Below, one piece after another: positions 61,590-64,000 of a stretch of 64,000 nt of DNA (within the stretch, counting starts at the first letter, position 1; the number at the start of each line of letters is the position of its first letter). The notes under the pieces were generated by a model. It was not told where the DNA came from and did not search any database. It was given only the letters and a program-made list of their open reading frames with translations. This DNA is from the human T2T-CHM13v2.0 reference genome, Homo sapiens, in the NCBI RefSeq assembly GCF_009914755.1, contig NC_060938.1. One strand, given 5' to 3'. The position numbers and the translations under genes are program-made.

Positions 61590-63497
61590 TATTAAATCAC
61601 CAATTAACTTATTAAGTATGGAATAGATATGAGAAGCATATTTAGAATGTAAGTATAAAGAGCAAGCGCTCATGTACCCACCACCAGCTTGAGAAATATT
61701 ACCAGTGGCTTAGAGAGTCCTGAGCATCCTCTCCATCCTGTCCACTTAGTGGGAACCACTACGTCGGCTTTGGGATTTATTGTTCTCTTGTTTTTCTTTG
61801 TGTTTTTATCACACTTGTATCTCCATATAAAATATTGTTAGAATCTCCCTGTTTCTGAACTTCCCACATAAGTGGGAACATCCTTTCTGTGGTCTTTTGC
61901 AACGCGCTTTTGCACTCGATATTGTATTTGCAATTCATCCATGCGATGGCACGTTCCAGCATTTCATTTTTTCCTCGACGCTGTGTGTTTTTCCAGCATG
62001 AGAACTCACAACGGTAGATCCAGGCCACCGCTGATGGCCATTGATGCTGGGTCCAGCATTTTGCTTATGCTGACATTGCTGTCTTTAAATGCTCTTATCC
62101 ATGTACCCTGCTGCTCATTTGCAGGTGTACTCGGTGTGTATCTCAAGGTGGCATGGCTGGGTCACTGAGGTGTGAGTATGTTTGGCTTTATAAGATAATG
62201 CCATCCTGTTTTCCAAAGTGACAGTATCCACTGATACTCCTGCCATAGGTATCTGAGAGTCCCTGCTACCGTACAGACTCTGTCAGTGTTCAGTGGTCTT
62301 GTCAGATGTTTTAGTTCTTGCCAATCTGATGGCTGTTTGATGGTAGCTCACTGTGTTTCAATGGGCATTTCTCTGGTACTGAGGTTTAGCTTCTTTACGG
62401 CTGTTTACTCTTTTGTAAACCATGCCTGGACATGGTTTTGCCCAGTTTTCTACTGGATATTTATCATTTTCCTACTCATTTGAGACTAGAATGATGTATA
62501 GTGTATATCCCAGTTTGTGGCTTAACTTTTCACTTTTGATGATATTTTATTTTTTTGATAAACAGATATTGAATTTAAGGTCATCGAATTTCATAATTTT
62601 CCTTATAGTTTGAGCTTTTATGTCTTGTTAAGATATCCTTCTCTACCCCAAGGTCATACAGATATTCCTTTATATTGCCTTATAAAAGTTTCGAAGTGTT
62701 CTTTTTCTATTCTTATCTATAATTCATCTGGAACTGATGAACTACTGATTTGATTTCATTTATTTTTTCATACAGATACTCAGGTATTCCAACACTGCTC
62801 ATCAAAGACCCGTTTACCCCTGTGGATCAGCAGTGTCCATGTGTGTGTAACTTTGTTTTTGTTTCTTTGGCCTATTTGTCTAAGGCTTGTATAAGCCTTA
62901 GACCTAAGACATATTGATGCCCTATGAGGCAGATCTCCCTACCTTATTCTTTAGTAAACATCTTGGCTGTTATTATCCATTTGCTCTTTGATATACATTT
63001 TAGAACCTACTTGTCAAATATCACCAAAAACCCCATAGACATTTTGACTGGAACTGCAAAAAACCTATAGAACACTTTAGGAAAAACTGATGTTTTTAGG
63101 ATATTGAATCTTGCTTATTGAATCTAGCATTCCGTGAAGATGGTATGTCTTCTTTTTCATGTTGGTCTGCTTTTATGTCTTTCAGTAAAGTTTTACAGTA
63201 TTCTTCATCAAAATTTCACACATCTTTATTAGATTTATTTCTGGGCACTTTATATTTCAGATACTATCACAAATACTGTTTTTTAAAAATTAACATCTTG
63301 ATTGAGATATAATTCACAAACCACAGAATTCATCTATTTGAAGTGTACAGTTTCATGGCTTTAGTATATTTAGTGTATTTAGGGTTGTGCAACTGTCACT
63401 AAAAATCTAAGTTTAGAATATTGTTGTTACTCCAAAAAGAAATGCCTTTACTGTTATCAGCCAATCCCCACTTCCCCCTCCACCCAGCCCCTGGCAG
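61590..63497 (-). mobile_element. Ancient L1 (L1ME/MB-type) fragments
   Basis: TGTTTTCCAAAGTG, TCTTGCCAATCTGATGG, TACCCCAAGGTCATA and TTGAGATATAATTCACA reverse L1 signatures. Confidence 0.8.
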
Positions 63498-63600
63498 GAA
63501 GAAATGAGTAAATGATTGAGTGGATAAATGAATGTATAACCTTTAGCAAGCTTTATGTCAGACATTGACTGGCCCCAGCCTTTGCTTGTTGTTTATTTTT

Positions 63601-63817
63601 AATTTTTTAAATTTTATTTTTTAAGTTTTAATTTTTGTGGCTACATAGTGGGTGTATATATTTATGGGGTACTTGAGATGTTTTGATACAGGCACACAGT
63701 GTGAAATAACACATCATGAAGAATGGGGTATCCATCCCCTCAAGCATCTATCCACTGAGTTGCAAACATTCCCGTTACACTCTCTAATCCATTTTAAAAT
63801 GTGCTGTTATTATTATA
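63601..63817 (-). mobile_element. L1MA-type 3' end
   Basis: TATATTTATGGGGTAC...GATACAGGCA...GAATGGGGTATCCATCCCCTCAAGCAT; near-TSD CTTGTTG(T/C)TTATT at 63585 and 63818. Confidence 0.85.
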
Positions 63818-64000
63818 CTTGTTGCTTATTGTTTCTGTTTTCCTTTCCCATCTCTGTTATTGTTCTGGTTTCTAGGCTAATCTCCTGGATTCTATGAGTC
63901 TCCTCCATCACTGTTCATCCTCCAGACCCTGGCCAGACAACTTTTTCCAAAGAAAACAATATTCTAACTTCTCCATTTAAGGAAGCCCTCAGTAACTCCC

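Overview
Primate, most likely human, genomic DNA: it contains AluJ/S/Y, L1PA, MIR, L2, CR1/L3, MaLR and ERV1 LTRs and hAT fossils. The only clear gene signal is a CpG-island promoter at about 21.4-22.9 kb. It carries several candidate non-coding or barely coding first exons on the + strand (donors at 21822, 22113, 22689), followed by what looks like a first intron of more than 41 kb running off the window end. No protein-coding exon could be supported and I cannot name the gene. The ORF track is explained by GC-richness and repeats. The ~21 kb upstream is repeat-rich, with AT-rich unique blocks. I found no convincing new biological system. The most notable items are: three 5'-leader ORFs chained by AUGA stop-start overlaps; an RFX X-box that doubles as a splice donor; a flip in retroelement orientation across the CpG island with a candidate divergent exon; a perfect 26-bp triplication carrying FOX and NKX motifs; a probable retrocopied mRNA 3'UTR fragment in a retrotransposition cluster; and several motif-dense candidate enhancers. 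Repeat subfamily calls come from remembered consensus features. Boundaries are approximate unless target-site duplications (TSDs) are given.
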